A stretch of DNA of 42,447 bases from Gallionella sp. (GCA_036172035.1 JAVHSF010000322.1:1-42447), one strand, 5' to 3'. Shown: positions 17,051 to 27,677, counted from the stretch's first letter. Translations and numbers: made by a program. Notes: generated from the letters alone by a model not told the origin.

Positions 17051-19429
17051 TTACGCGTTACGCGCGGTCAGCCATTGTTCAAATGCTTCGGGTGGCATAG
17101 GTCTGGCGTATAGGTAGCCCTGTGCATAATCGCAGTCGGCACGGCTCAACAGATCGCGCTGCTGCTCGGTTTCCACGCCCTCGGCGATGACTTTCAAGCC
17201 GAGTTTGTGCGCCATGACAATAATCGCTTCGCACAACGCCATGTCATTGGATTCGCTCTCCAGATTGCGCACAAAAGACTGGTCTATCTTGAGGTAGTCA
17301 ATATCGAATTTTTTCAGGTAGGACAAGGAAGAATAGCCTGTGCCGAAATCATCAATGGAAACCTGAATACCCGCATCGCGCAGTTCCATCAATTTTTCAT
17401 GGATGCGCACATCTGCATTCAACAGCAGTCCTTCGGTAATTTCAAAAACGAAATTCTCGCCGCATAGCCCCAGTTTGTTTAACTCATCTACAAAAATTTC
17501 CACGTTCACGCTATCGTTTTCGTCGGTGAATTCTGCGGGTGATTTGTTCAAGCTGATCTGGAATCCTTCCGGGTTAAGGTCGTTCCAGCGTTTACCCCAG
17601 ATCAGCGACTTTTTTCTGACAAAAGCGCCGATCTCGACGATGAGTCGGGTTTCCTCCGCCAATGGGATGAAATCGGCAGGGCTGACCATGCCGCGCGTCG
17701 GATGTTGCCAGCGCAGCAGTGCTTCCGCCTTGTGGACGCGACCCGTAGCCAGGGCGACGATGGGTTGAAAAAAGATTCTGAATTGATGGTCTGCCAGGGC
17801 ACCCCGCAAGTCGTTGGTGAGGTGCAAACGTTTCTGTGCGGCTTCCTGCAAGGAAAGTGTGAAATAACTGTAACGGTTACGCCCTTCGTTCTTTGCTGCG
17901 TACATTGCCTGATCGGCATTTCTCATCAAGTTGACAATTTCGGTCGCATCAGCCGGATATAGCGTGATGCCGATACTGGCGGAAATATGAATAATTTCAT
18001 CGCGCAGATAAAAAGGTTCGGCCAGTCGGCTGATGATTTTCTGTGCGAGTTGTCTGGCGACAAGGACATCGTGGAGTTGTGGCAACACGACCGTGAATTC
18101 ATCCCCCCCCAGCCGTGCCACGGTATCGGTTGCGCGCACGCAGTTCACGATGCGGTTTGCGGCGTGCTGCAACAGCAGGTCTCCTATTTCATGCCCCAGC
18201 GTATCGTTCACTTCCTTGAATTGATCGAGGTCAATCAGCAGCAGTGCAATGGGCAAGCCCGAACGAACCGCTTTTTTGATTTCCTGTTCCAGACGGTCGT
18301 GAAACAAGTCCCGGTTAGGTAATTCTGTCAGCGCATCAAAATTGGCTTTTCTCCACAGCAACGCTTTCGATCTCTTGAGGGCCTGGAGATAGAGTACCGT
18401 TCCGCCTGCGGCACCTATCAGGATGCTGCCTAATGCGCCGATCAGCAACGTGAGCCAGAAATGATTTTGAGCCAGCGACGTAATGGCGGTTACTTCGCCG
18501 GCGACATAAACCCGGAGACCATATTGGGGAAGGTCTTTTGCAACCAGCAGATGGGGATTAGGCTGATTTTTGAATTTGAACAGGGCAGGGAATTGATTGT
18601 TTTCCCAAGGCAGCATGCCCAGTGTCGGAAAATTGTTTCTGCGGTAACGCGCAAATTTTGCTTCCTCGGAAATGGCTGCAACAGTCGCATTCGGCAGGGC
18701 GTGCATCTCCAGTTCCCTGTCGCTGGACAGGATAACGACACCGTTGCTATCGGTTACAAAAGCCTCAAACTGCTTGATCAGAAAGGATAGATTCGGTACG
18801 TCTGCCTTGGCAACCACCGCCCCCATGAACTTGCCCCCAATGATGACCGGCGTGGAGAAATACAGTCCGGCGATATGAGTGGTTTTGCCCATCGCGTATT
18901 GAAAGCCGTGCCGACCATTTTGATTGTTTTTGAAGAAATCGCGTTCCGCAAAATTGCTACCGATACTGGTTCCCGGTGTATTCCAGTTACTGGCCGCAAC
19001 GCAGTCGCCCGCCGCGTTCACGACATAAACCAGGTCGGCGTTCAGACTCTTCTTGCTCAGCGCCAGGTAGCGGCTCAGATCGTTAAAGGCGGGATCTTCC
19101 GTCCAGAGCTTACGCCGGGTCTCGAGCGTCAGTGGGGAGGGCGTACCATCAAACCGCGATACCGCCCATTTGACGCGCAACAAGTTGGAAAGCAGATCGG
19201 GGATGCCGTGCAGTTGGCTCAGGTTGCGCTGGATGCTGTCGGCCAGGTCGTCCGCGCGTTGTTGCGAGCGCAGGGTTTCCTGATTGATCGCCTCGTGTGC
19301 AACAGAAAGGTAGTGACGTTCCGCGAGAAACCCCAGCGATACCAGCCATAACACAACCAGCAGCAACGTTAGAATCAGCGTATTGCGTTGTTGTGTTTTT
19401 GTGCTGGCGATCAGGTTTGAATAGGGCAT
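17051..19429 (-). CDS. Membrane c-di-GMP enzyme: Cache-type periplasmic sensor + GGDEF + EAL
   Basis: Two TMs flanking ..G.CVAASNW...IG.NFAERDFF...G.YFSTPV; RLGGDEF; EALLRW, EITE, DDFGTGYSS, KIDQSF, EGVE; start uncertain. Confidence 0.9.
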   Translation of the reverse strand: MPYSNLIASTKTQQRNTLILTLLLVVLWLVSLGFLAERHYLSVAHEAINQETLRSQQRADDLADSIQRNLSQLHGIPDLLSNLLRVKWAVSRFDGTPSPLTLETRRKLWTEDPAFNDLSRYLALSKKSLNADLVYVVNAAGDCVAASNWNTPGTSIGSNFAERDFFKNNQNGRHGFQYAMGKTTHIAGLYFSTPVIIGGKFMGAVVAKADVPNLSFLIKQFEAFVTDSNGVVILSSDRELEMHALPNATVAAISEEAKFARYRRNNFPTLGMLPWENNQFPALFKFKNQPNPHLLVAKDLPQYGLRVYVAGEVTAITSLAQNHFWLTLLIGALGSILIGAAGGTVLYLQALKRSKALLWRKANFDALTELPNRDLFHDRLEQEIKKAVRSGLPIALLLIDLDQFKEVNDTLGHEIGDLLLQHAANRIVNCVRATDTVARLGGDEFTVVLPQLHDVLVARQLAQKIISRLAEPFYLRDEIIHISASIGITLYPADATEIVNLMRNADQAMYAAKNEGRNRYSYFTLSLQEAAQKRLHLTNDLRGALADHQFRIFFQPIVALATGRVHKAEALLRWQHPTRGMVSPADFIPLAEETRLIVEIGAFVRKKSLIWGKRWNDLNPEGFQISLNKSPAEFTDENDSVNVEIFVDELNKLGLCGENFVFEITEGLLLNADVRIHEKLMELRDAGIQVSIDDFGTGYSSLSYLKKFDIDYLKIDQSFVRNLESESNDMALCEAIIVMAHKLGLKVIAEGVETEQQRDLLSRADCDYAQGYLYARPMPPEAFEQWLTARNA

Positions 19430-19558
19430 GGTCACTGGATGGCAGTTTTGTGTTTCTTTTATCGTCTTTTTATGGATTATCTGATGCCAGACGACAGTCC
19501 CGTTGGCAGCCCCGCCAAAACGGGGCTTGAGCATGATATATCAAAAGTCAGGGGGGTT

Positions 19559-19704
19559 TTAAGGAAACGGCTGAATAACTGCCTGCGCGGGCGAATCGCG
19601 GTGTTGTGCAGTACTCAAAGCCTTGTCTGTCAATTTGATGGGTTTCGGTTGTTCCTTTCCGTACGGTTTTATCACGCTCGCCGATTTACTCGGCGTTTCC
19701 CTAG
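19559..19704. mobile_element. Degenerate IS5-like MITE at the fabI stop codon
   Basis: Right end CGATTTACTCGGCGTTTCC-CTAG matches the 35097-35119 end at 18/23; left end TTAA-GGAAACGGCTGAATAAC; internal sequence differs from the 35 kb copy. Confidence 0.55.
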
Positions 19705-20489
19705 GCTTCGGTACAGCCCAGCGAAGTGGTGTTGAAGCCGCCGTCCACATAGGTGATTTCGCCGGTGATACCGCTGGCCAGGTCGCTGCACAGGAAGGCG
19801 GCGGCGTTGCCGACTTCTTCCAGGGTTACGTTGCGTTTCAGGGGGGCATTTTTTTCGTTGTAAGACAATAACTTGCTAAAGTCGGCGATGCCTGCTGCGG
19901 CTAATGTCCTGATCGGCCCCGCGGAGATGGCGTTGGCGCGGATGCCTTGCGCGCCCAGATGCATGGCGAGATAGCGCACGCTGGCTTCCAGGCTGGCTTT
20001 GGCCATGCCCATCACGTTGTAGTGCGGCATGGTGCGTACTGCGCCCAGATAGCTCAACGTCAAAATGGCAGCTTTGCGTCCTTTCATCATCGGCAGTGCC
20101 GCTTTGGCCATCGCCGGGAAGCTGTAGGCGCTGATGTCGTGGGCGATGCGGAAAGCGTCGCGACTGAAACCGTCGAGAAATTCGCCGTCCAGCGCTTCGC
20201 GCGGGGCGTAGGCAATGGCGTGGACGAAACCGTCCAGGCCATCCCATTGTCGGCCCAGGTCGGCGAAGAGCTGGTTGATGTCATCATCACTGGCGACATC
20301 GCACTGGAATACCAGCTCGCTGTCGAACTGTTTGGCCAGATCCAGTACCCGTTCGCGCACCCGTTCGCCCTGATAGGTGAATGCCAGGGTCGCACCTTCG
20401 CGGTGCATTGCCTGGGCGATACCGTAGGCGATGGAACGGGTGCTGATCATGCCGGTAATCAAAAATCGTTTGTTGGCCAGAAATCCCAT
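19701..20489 (-). CDS. fabI: Enoyl-ACP reductase FabI
   Basis: LITG....[21 protein letters not shown]...[36 protein letters not shown]. Confidence 0.97.
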   Translation of the reverse strand: MGFLANKRFLITGMISTRSIAYGIAQAMHREGATLAFTYQGERVRERVLDLAKQFDSELVFQCDVASDDDINQLFADLGRQWDGLDGFVHAIAYAPREALDGEFLDGFSRDAFRIAHDISAYSFPAMAKAALPMMKGRKAAILTLSYLGAVRTMPHYNVMGMAKASLEASVRYLAMHLGAQGIRANAISAGPIRTLAAAGIADFSKLLSYNEKNAPLKRNVTLEEVGNAAAFLCSDLASGITGEITYVDGGFNTTSLGCTEA

Positions 20490-20535
20490 GCTTGTCCTTT
20501 TATTTCTATATGAGTTATGGGTCAAAAGTGGCGGG

Positions 20536-20581
20536 ATTATAGAGCAATGCCGCGCAACGGTCAGATGCAATCGTATATAAT
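20536..20581. promoter_or_regulatory. Divergent -10 boxes for fabI and ccmA
   Basis: TATAAT on minus strand at 20541-20536 and on plus strand at 20576-20581, each followed by a GC-rich discriminator. Confidence 0.55.
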
Positions 20582-20611
20582 CGCCCGCTGTCCATTTTCG
20601 GGTTCTTTTTT

Positions 20612-21226
20612 ATGCTGGAAGTCAGCAATCTTGCTTGTAGTCGCGGCGATCATCGCTTGTTTGCGGGGTTGAGCTTTGCGCTGCATCCCGGCGAAATCAT
20701 GCAAATAGAGGGTGCGAATGGCAGCGGCAAGACCAGTCTGTTGCGCACTCTGTGCGGTTTTCTCATGCAGGACGAAGGGACGATTTCATGGTTCGGCGAA
20801 GAGGTGCGAGATATACGGGAAACCTATTACGCAGAGGTGATGTACCTCGGCCATTTGAATGCCATCAAGGATGAGTTGAGCGCGCTGGAGAATTTGCGTA
20901 TTTCTGCCGGGTTGTCGGGGCTTAAGCTGACCGATCAGGATGCGATTTCGGCCCTGCGGCGCATGGGTTTGAAGGGGCGCGAGACGTTGCCCACCAAAGT
21001 GTTGTCGCAAGGTCAGCGGCGGCGCGTGGCGCTGGCGCGGATGCTGGTGAGCGATGCAAAATTGTGGATACTGGATGAACCTTTGACGGCGCTGGATGTC
21101 GGAGCGGTCTCGCTGATACAGGAATTGCTGGCGGAGCATTTGGCGCAACAAGGCATGGTGATTTTTACCACCCATCAACCGCTGTCCGTCGCGGGAATGG
21201 CAATGCGCCGCCTGTCGCTGTCGTAA
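20612..21226 (+). CDS. ccmA: Heme exporter ATP-binding protein
   Basis: GANGSGKT, YLGH, LSQGQRRRVALAR, WILDEP..ALD, TTHQ; operon position. Confidence 0.95.
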   Translation: MLEVSNLACSRGDHRLFAGLSFALHPGEIMQIEGANGSGKTSLLRTLCGFLMQDEGTISWFGEEVRDIRETYYAEVMYLGHLNAIKDELSALENLRISAGLSGLKLTDQDAISALRRMGLKGRETLPTKVLSQGQRRRVALARMLVSDAKLWILDEPLTALDVGAVSLIQELLAEHLAQQGMVIFTTHQPLSVAGMAMRRLSLS

Positions 21227-21240
21227 GCGTCGAGACAAAC

Positions 21241-21924
21241 ATGAAGAAACTCACGATGTTTTCCCTGTTGATGCTGGTGATACGGCGCGATCTGGTGTTG
21301 GCGCTGCGCTGTCGCACGGATGTGTTGACGACGCTTGTTTTTTTCGTGATGGTGGTCAGCCTGTTTCCGCTGGGGGTGGGTCCCGAAACTGACATGTTGC
21401 GCAAAATCGCGCCGGGCGTGTTGTGGGTAGCAGCCCTACTGTCGTCAATGTTGTCGTTGGGTCGGCTGTTTTCGGCGGACTATTTGGATGGTACGCTGGA
21501 ACAGATGTTGCTCGTACCGCAGTCGCTGTCCGTGCTGGTGCTGGGCAAGATGGTGGCGCACTGGATGGTGTCGGGTTTGCCGCTGGTGTTGTTGACTCCG
21601 GTGCTGGGGCTGCAATTTGATATGTCGCCGGATGCGATTGGCGTGTTGATTCTGGGTCTGCTGTTGGGCACGCCTGTTCTCAGCATGTTGGGCGCGATCG
21701 GTGCGGCGCTGACGTTGGGCTTGCGGGGCGGCGGCGTGTTGTTGTCCCTGCTGGTGTTGCCGCTGTGTATTCCCGTGCTGATTTTTGGTACGGGTGCGGT
21801 GGGTGCCGTGACCGCCGGGCTGAATTATTCTTCCCATCTGTCCATGATGGGTGCGTTGCTGGTGTTAGCGCTGACTTTTACCCCCTGGGTGGCGGCGCAG
21901 GCGTTACGAATTTCAATGGAATGA
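21241..21924 (+). CDS. ccmB: Heme exporter permease
   Basis: LFPLGVGP, WVAALL, DGTLE, LPL.IPVLIFG. Confidence 0.95.
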   Translation: MKKLTMFSLLMLVIRRDLVLALRCRTDVLTTLVFFVMVVSLFPLGVGPETDMLRKIAPGVLWVAALLSSMLSLGRLFSADYLDGTLEQMLLVPQSLSVLVLGKMVAHWMVSGLPLVLLTPVLGLQFDMSPDAIGVLILGLLLGTPVLSMLGAIGAALTLGLRGGGVLLSLLVLPLCIPVLIFGTGAVGAVTAGLNYSSHLSMMGALLVLALTFTPWVAAQALRISME

Positions 21925-21940
21925 ATTTAGAGATTTTTAT

Positions 21941-22678
21941 ATGGCGATAAACTGGTTTAAATATTCCGCTCCGACGACCTTCTACGGTCTGGCGGGCAAG
22001 TTGATTCCCTGGTTCGCCATTCCGGCAGCCATTTTGTTTGTGGTGGGTTTGTACATCGGTTTTGCCATCGCGCCGATGGATGCGCAGCAAGGCGAGTTCT
22101 ACCGTATCATTTTCATTCATGTGCCAGCCTCCATACTGTCCATGTTTTTGTACATGATCATGGCGGGCTATGCCGCGCTGGGCTTGATCTTCAACACCCG
22201 TCTGTCCGCCATGATGGCGAGTGCGGTCGCCCCGACCGGTGCGCTGTTCGCCTTCATCTCGCTGTGGACGGGCGCGCTGTGGGGCAAGCCGATGTGGGGC
22301 GCGTGGTGGGTGTGGGATGCGCGCATGACTTCCGAATTGATTTTGTTGTTCCTGTACCTGGGCTTTATCGCGCTGCACGCTTCGATAGACGATCCGCGCC
22401 GCGCCGACCGCGCGTCAGCCTTGCTGGCAATCGTCGGTTCGGTGAACGTCCCCATCATCTACTTCTCGGTGAAATGGTGGAATACCTTGCATCAAGGCTC
22501 GACCATCAAATTCAGCGGGACTTCCATGCACATCGCCATGCAGCAAGCGATGTTCACCATGCTGGCGGCGTGCTGGCTGTACGCGATAGCGGTCGCGCTG
22601 GCGCGGGTGCGCAGCATTATTCTGGAACGGGAACGAAATACCAAATGGATAGCCGAACTGGCGGAGGTGAAACAATGA
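21941..22678 (+). CDS. ccmC: Heme exporter/chaperone CcmC
   Basis: IHVP, WWD motif WGKPMWGAWWVWDAR, WWNTLHQ. Confidence 0.97.
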   Translation: MAINWFKYSAPTTFYGLAGKLIPWFAIPAAILFVVGLYIGFAIAPMDAQQGEFYRIIFIHVPASILSMFLYMIMAGYAALGLIFNTRLSAMMASAVAPTGALFAFISLWTGALWGKPMWGAWWVWDARMTSELILLFLYLGFIALHASIDDPRRADRASALLAIVGSVNVPIIYFSVKWWNTLHQGSTIKFSGTSMHIAMQQAMFTMLAACWLYAIAVALARVRSIILERERNTKWIAELAEVKQ

Positions 22679-22839
22679 GTCTGGATATCTGGATGAGAGA
22701 AAATCCGCTGACCTATGTGTGGATAGGTTCATATGCGGTGGCGATGCTGGTGTTTGTCATCGAAATCGCGATGGTGAGACACAAGAGAACCCTCACCTTG
22801 CAGCAAGTTCGCCTGATACATCAAGCAGAAGAGGAATAG
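22675..22839 (+). CDS. ccmD: Heme exporter protein D
   Basis: 54 aa, YVW.GSY + TM helix + charged tail, between ccmC and ccmE; GGAGG RBS, ATGA overlap. Confidence 0.85.
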   Translation: MSLDIWMRENPLTYVWIGSYAVAMLVFVIEIAMVRHKRTLTLQQVRLIHQAEEE

Positions 22840-22840
22840 C

Positions 22841-23326
22841 ATGAAACCGCGTCAGAAAAGAGCTTTGTACATTATCGTCGCCATCGCCGCAGTCGGTATC
22901 GCGGCGGGGCTGGTGTTGAACGCACTCAAGGATAACGTCAGTCTGTATTTCACCCCGACTCAGGTCTATAACAAGGAAGCGCCGGAAGGCCGCAGCTTCC
23001 GCATCGGCGGTCTGGTCGAAGAGGGCAGCATCAAGCGCGAGGCAGATGGGCTGACGGTCAATTTCGTGATTACCGATCTGCACAAAACCTTGCCCGTGGT
23101 TTACAAGGGCATCCTGCCGGACCTGTTCAAGGAAGGCAAGGGCGTGGTGGTGCAAGGCAAGATGGAAGCCGGTGGCCTGATGCGCGCCGACGAGGTGTTG
23201 GCCAAGCACGACGAAAACTACATGCCGCCCGAAGCCAAGGATGCCTTGCAGAAAGCTGAAGCCGCCAATGCCGCCGCGGCAAGCACGGCGCTATCCCCGT
23301 CTTCCGCAGCGCCCGGCGCACAATGA
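22841..23326 (+). CDS. ccmE: Heme chaperone CcmE
   Basis: [32 protein letters not shown]. Confidence 0.97.
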   Translation: MKPRQKRALYIIVAIAAVGIAAGLVLNALKDNVSLYFTPTQVYNKEAPEGRSFRIGGLVEEGSIKREADGLTVNFVITDLHKTLPVVYKGILPDLFKEGKGVVVQGKMEAGGLMRADEVLAKHDENYMPPEAKDALQKAEAANAAAASTALSPSSAAPGAQ

Positions 23327-23357
23327 TTCCCATCTGTTCTACAGCGAAAGTTAATAC

Positions 23358-25343
23358 ATGATTCCAGAGCTAGGTCACTTTTCCCTGATTGTCGCGTTAT
23401 GCCTGGCGATTGTCCTCGGCGTGCTGCCGATACTCGGCGCGGCGCGCAACAACGCAGTCTTCATGGGGCTCGCCCGTCCGGTCGCTTACGGGCAGTTGCT
23501 GTTTGTCGGCCTCTCGTTTGCCGCGCTGGCCTACGCCTTCCTCAACAACGATTTTTCCGTGCTGTATGTCGCGCAGCATTCCAATTCCCAGTTGCCCGCG
23601 ATCTATCGTTTCTCGGCAATCTGGGGCGGACACGAAGGTTCGTTGCTGCTGTGGGCGTTGTTTCTGTCGGTCTGGACGGCTGCGGTGGCGACTTTCAGCC
23701 GTCATCTGCCGGCAGAAATGGTGGCGCGCGTGCTGGGCGTGATGGGCTTGATCGCGGTCGGGTTCATACTGTTCATGCTGTTCACAAGCAGCCCGTTCGA
23801 GCGCCTGTTACCCGCCGCTGCCGATGGCCGCGACCTGAACCCGCTGTTGCAGGATCCCGGTCTGGTGATCCATCCGCCCATGCTGTACATGGGCTATGTG
23901 GGTTTTTCGGTGGCCTACGCTTTCGCGATTTCCGCCTTGCTGGGCGGCAAACTGGATGCGACCTGGGCGCGCTGGTCGCGTCCCTGGACGACGGTAGCGT
24001 GGGTGTTCATGACGCTTGGCATCGCGCTGGGTAGCGGCTGGGCTTATTACGAGCTCGGCTGGGGGGGCTGGTGGTTCTGGGATCCGGTGGAAAATGCCTC
24101 GTTTATGCCCTGGTTGCTGGGTACGGCGCTGATTCATTCGCTGGCCGTGACCGAGAAGCGCGGCGCGTTCAAAAGCTGGACGGTGTTGCTGGCGATTGCG
24201 GCGTTCTCGCTCAGTCTGCTGGGTACATTTTTGGTGCGTTCCGGCGTGCTGACCTCGGTACACTCGTTCGCGGCTGACCCGAAGCGCGGTATCTTCATTT
24301 TGAGCTTTCTGGTGCTGGTGGTCGGCGCGTCGCTGCTGCTGTTCGCGTGGCGCGCTCCCAAGGTGGGACTGGGCGGCAAGTTTGATTTGATTTCGCGCGA
24401 ATCGCTGCTGTTATCCAATAACGTGCTGCTGTCCGTCGCGTCCGCCTCGGTGTTTATCGGTACGCTGTACCCCTTGTTCATGGATGCGCTGGGCTACGGC
24501 AAGCTGTCGGTCGGCGCGCCTTATTTCGAGGCGGTGTTCGTGCCGCTGATGATTCCGATGGTGTTGCTGATGGGCTTGGGGCCGCTGGCACGCTGGAAGA
24601 AGATGGACGTACCCGAGTTGGCCAAACGCGTGCAATGGGGGTTCGCCAGTGCCTTGGTGCTGGCCTTGTTGCTGCCGTTGCTGATGGGCAGGTTTTTGAT
24701 GCTGGAAGCCAATAAATGGTCGCCGATGATCGTGGTCGGCTTGCTGATGGCGTTTTGGATTATCGCTTCGTTGGTGATCAGCCTGCGCCAGCGTTGGGCG
24801 GGGCATGGCGCATTCATGGCGCGGGTGCGCAAACAAAGCCGCAGCTATTACGGTATGCAGTTGGCGCATCTGGGCGTGGCGTTTTTCATCATCGGCGTGA
24901 CGCTGGTGAAGGGTTACGAAACCGAGCGCGATGTGCGCATGAATGTCGGCGATACCGTGATGGCGGGCGGTTACGAATTCAGGTTTGACGGCGTGACGGA
25001 AACCGAGGGAGCCAACTATGTCGCGGGGATGGGGCATCTGGTGGTAAGCCGTGACGGCAAGCGGCTGGGTGAACTGAACCCCGAAAAGCGTCAGTACAAC
25101 GTATCCGGTATGCCGCTGACCGAGGCCTCCATACAGACCGGACTGTTCCGCGACTTGTATGTCTCGCTGGGCGAAGCCATCCCCGAATCCGAAGGCGCCT
25201 GGGCGGTGCGCGTCTATATCAAACCCTTTGTGGACTGGATCTGGGCAGGTTGCCTGCTGATGGGGCTGGGCGGCCTGTTCGCGGTGTCCGACCGCCGTTA
25301 CCGCATCCATAAACAAGCCGTAAAACAAGGACAATCCTCATGA
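23358..25343 (+). CDS. ccmF: Cytochrome c heme lyase CcmF
   Basis: WGGHEGSLLLW, LNPLLQ..IHPP, WAYYELGWGGWWFWDPVEN, SVHSFA. Confidence 0.97.
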   Translation: MIPELGHFSLIVALCLAIVLGVLPILGAARNNAVFMGLARPVAYGQLLFVGLSFAALAYAFLNNDFSVLYVAQHSNSQLPAIYRFSAIWGGHEGSLLLWALFLSVWTAAVATFSRHLPAEMVARVLGVMGLIAVGFILFMLFTSSPFERLLPAAADGRDLNPLLQDPGLVIHPPMLYMGYVGFSVAYAFAISALLGGKLDATWARWSRPWTTVAWVFMTLGIALGSGWAYYELGWGGWWFWDPVENASFMPWLLGTALIHSLAVTEKRGAFKSWTVLLAIAAFSLSLLGTFLVRSGVLTSVHSFAADPKRGIFILSFLVLVVGASLLLFAWRAPKVGLGGKFDLISRESLLLSNNVLLSVASASVFIGTLYPLFMDALGYGKLSVGAPYFEAVFVPLMIPMVLLMGLGPLARWKKMDVPELAKRVQWGFASALVLALLLPLLMGRFLMLEANKWSPMIVVGLLMAFWIIASLVISLRQRWAGHGAFMARVRKQSRSYYGMQLAHLGVAFFIIGVTLVKGYETERDVRMNVGDTVMAGGYEFRFDGVTETEGANYVAGMGHLVVSRDGKRLGELNPEKRQYNVSGMPLTEASIQTGLFRDLYVSLGEAIPESEGAWAVRVYIKPFVDWIWAGCLLMGLGGLFAVSDRRYRIHKQAVKQGQSS

Positions 25344-25867
25344 TGCGTTTCATACTTCCGCTGGTCATTTTTTTGATTTTGTCGGTGTTTCTCTACAAAG
25401 GCCTGGGGCGCGATACGCGCGAAGTCCCGTCGCCCCTGGTGGATAAGCCCGCCCCCGCTTTTGTGTTGCCCATGCTGCACGATGTCAGCAAACAGTTTGC
25501 GCCCGAAGAGATGAAGGGGCAGGTGTGGTTGATGAACGTCTGGGCCTCGTGGTGTGGCGCTTGCAAGGATGAACATCCCGTGTTGATGGAACTTGCGCGC
25601 CAGAACCGCGTGCCTATCGTGGGTCTGGATTACAAGGACAAACGCGAAGACGGCGAAGCAGTGCTGAGCAAGGTCGGCGACCCGTACAGCCTGAGCATTT
25701 CCGATATTGACGGAAAAGTGGGCTTCGATTACGGCGTGTATGGCGTACCAGAAACCTATGTTATTGATAAACAAGGGATTATTCGTTTCAAGCTGATCGG
25801 CGCGGTCACCGCGCAGAATTTGCGTGAAAAAATCCTGCCACTGGTCGCGGAGTTGCAAACGAAATGA
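25340..25867 (+). CDS. ccmG: Thiol:disulfide interchange protein CcmG/DsbE
   Basis: NVWASWCGAC..EHP, GVYGVPETY. Confidence 0.95.
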   Translation: MMRFILPLVIFLILSVFLYKGLGRDTREVPSPLVDKPAPAFVLPMLHDVSKQFAPEEMKGQVWLMNVWASWCGACKDEHPVLMELARQNRVPIVGLDYKDKREDGEAVLSKVGDPYSLSISDIDGKVGFDYGVYGVPETYVIDKQGIIRFKLIGAVTAQNLREKILPLVAELQTK

Positions 25868-26358
25868 AATATCTGCTGATTGCCTTATTGAGCCTGCTTC
25901 CGACGTTTGCCCATGCCGCCGTGGCGCAAGACATTGCCGACGATCCCGTGCAGGAACGCCGCATGATGCTGCTGGCCGAAAAAGTGCGCTGTCTGGTGTG
26001 CCAGAGCGAACCCGTATCCAATTCCCATTCCGACTGGTCGAAAGATGTCCGCCAGATCATGCGCGAAAAGATGAAGGCGGGGGCTACCGATCAGGAAATC
26101 ATGGACATGCTGGTCGAACGTTTCGGCAAATCGGTGTTGTTTGATCCGCCCGTGGACAAGGAAACCATGCCGCTCTGGTCGGCTCCTTTTATCTTGTTGC
26201 TGTTGGGCGGATTGGGGTTGTTCTACCAGATGAAGAAGCGCCGTGGACTGGTAGGAGAAGCCGTGCTTTCCGAGCAGGACGAGCAGCGCGCAAGCGCGTT
26301 GCTGAACGAACCCGCTTTGCATGAACAACCCGCAGCAAACAAGGACGCTCAAGCATGA
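25864..26358 (+). CDS. ccmH: Cytochrome c biogenesis protein CcmH
   Basis: Signal peptide, RCLVCQ, ERFG..VL.DPP, C-terminal TM. Confidence 0.93.
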   Translation: MKYLLIALLSLLPTFAHAAVAQDIADDPVQERRMMLLAEKVRCLVCQSEPVSNSHSDWSKDVRQIMREKMKAGATDQEIMDMLVERFGKSVLFDPPVDKETMPLWSAPFILLLLGGLGLFYQMKKRRGLVGEAVLSEQDEQRASALLNEPALHEQPAANKDAQA

Positions 26359-27626
26359 CTTTATTCTGGATATTCTGCGCAGTGCTGGTCATCGTGGCGC
26401 TGCCGTTCGTCATGCTGCCGTTGTGGCGCAATACGGCAAGCAACGACGACGTGTTGCGCGATGCGGCCAACCTGGAAATTTTACGCGACCAGTCCGCCGA
26501 ACTCGATGCTGACCTGCAAAACAGCTTGTTGACGCAGGAGGCTTACGATCAGGGCAAGCGTGAATTGCAGGTGCGCCTGCTGGACGAAGTGAAAACGACA
26601 GAAGCGCCTGCCCGCACACCGCGCAATCCGGCCAAAATTTTGGCGCTGGTAATGCTGGTGCTGGTGCCGTTGGGTAGCGTGTTGCTGTATCGGGAATTGG
26701 GTAACCCCAAGGCCTTGTTGCCCCCCGCCCAGCAGGCCGCTGCGGCGGATGGATTCGGTGTGATCCGTTCGGAAGCCGCCTTGCAGGAGCTGGAAGCCAA
26801 GCTGGTCAAGCTGCCGGAAAACCCTGATGGCTGGCTGACTCTGGCGCGTTCCTACAAGGAATTGCAGCGCTATGATGACGCGGTGCGCGCCTATGAACAG
26901 CTGGTCAAACTGGTGCCGAACGAGGCGCAGCTTTGGACGGATTATGCCGATGCCAAGGCGATGAGCAACGGTCAGTCGCTGTTGGGCGAACCGACCAAGT
27001 ACCTCCACAAGGCGCTCGAGCTGGATGCAAACAATACTACCGCGCTGGCCTTGTCCGGATCGGCTGGCATGGAGCGCGGCGATTATGTCGCCGCAATCAC
27101 CGACTGGCAGAAACTGGTCAGCCTGCTGCCGCCCGACTATCCCGATGTGCAGATGATACGCGACGGCATCAACCAGGCGCGCGAGTTCCTGGCGCAGCAA
27201 AACGGCGGCAAGGAAAAATTGGCTAAACTGCCGTCCCTTGCAGCGCCTGACATGAAAGCCCCTGGCAAGGGGCTGGCCAATCCGGCCCTGGCAATTACCG
27301 GCAAGGTGTCGTTGAGTCCCGCGTTGCTGGCTAAAGCGTCCCCCGATGATTTTGTCTTCATTCTGGCGCGTGCCGCAGCAGGTCCGAAAATGCCGCTGGC
27401 GGTCATCCGCAAGCAAGTCAAGGACTTGCCGATGGCCTTCACGCTGGACGACAGCATGGCGATGCAGCCGCAGATGAAACTGTCCGGCTTCGACAAGGTG
27501 GTGGTGCTGGCGCGCGTGTCCAAAACAGGTACGCCGATGTCGCAACCCGGCGATCTGGAAGGCACGGCGGGCATCGTCAAGCCGGGTGTCAAGGGTTTGA
27601 ACATCACCATTGATACCGTGAAGTAA
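26355..27626 (+). CDS. ccmI: Cytochrome c biogenesis TPR protein CcmI/CycH
   Basis: Two TMs, TPR repeats (P.N.DGW..LARSY), C-terminal PKMPLAV..F.LDDS.AM...ARVSK.G domain. Confidence 0.92.
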   Translation: MTLFWIFCAVLVIVALPFVMLPLWRNTASNDDVLRDAANLEILRDQSAELDADLQNSLLTQEAYDQGKRELQVRLLDEVKTTEAPARTPRNPAKILALVMLVLVPLGSVLLYRELGNPKALLPPAQQAAAADGFGVIRSEAALQELEAKLVKLPENPDGWLTLARSYKELQRYDDAVRAYEQLVKLVPNEAQLWTDYADAKAMSNGQSLLGEPTKYLHKALELDANNTTALALSGSAGMERGDYVAAITDWQKLVSLLPPDYPDVQMIRDGINQAREFLAQQNGGKEKLAKLPSLAAPDMKAPGKGLANPALAITGKVSLSPALLAKASPDDFVFILARAAAGPKMPLAVIRKQVKDLPMAFTLDDSMAMQPQMKLSGFDKVVVLARVSKTGTPMSQPGDLEGTAGIVKPGVKGLNITIDTVK

Positions 27627-27637
27627 GTGTTGGGCTG

Positions 27638-27677
27638 AAACGGCATTCATCGTTGTGCGGATGCCGTTTATTTTTTA
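27638..27677 (+). terminator. Probable terminator of the ccm operon
   Basis: AAACGGCAT...ATGCCGTTT stem followed by ATTTTTT. Confidence 0.55.
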
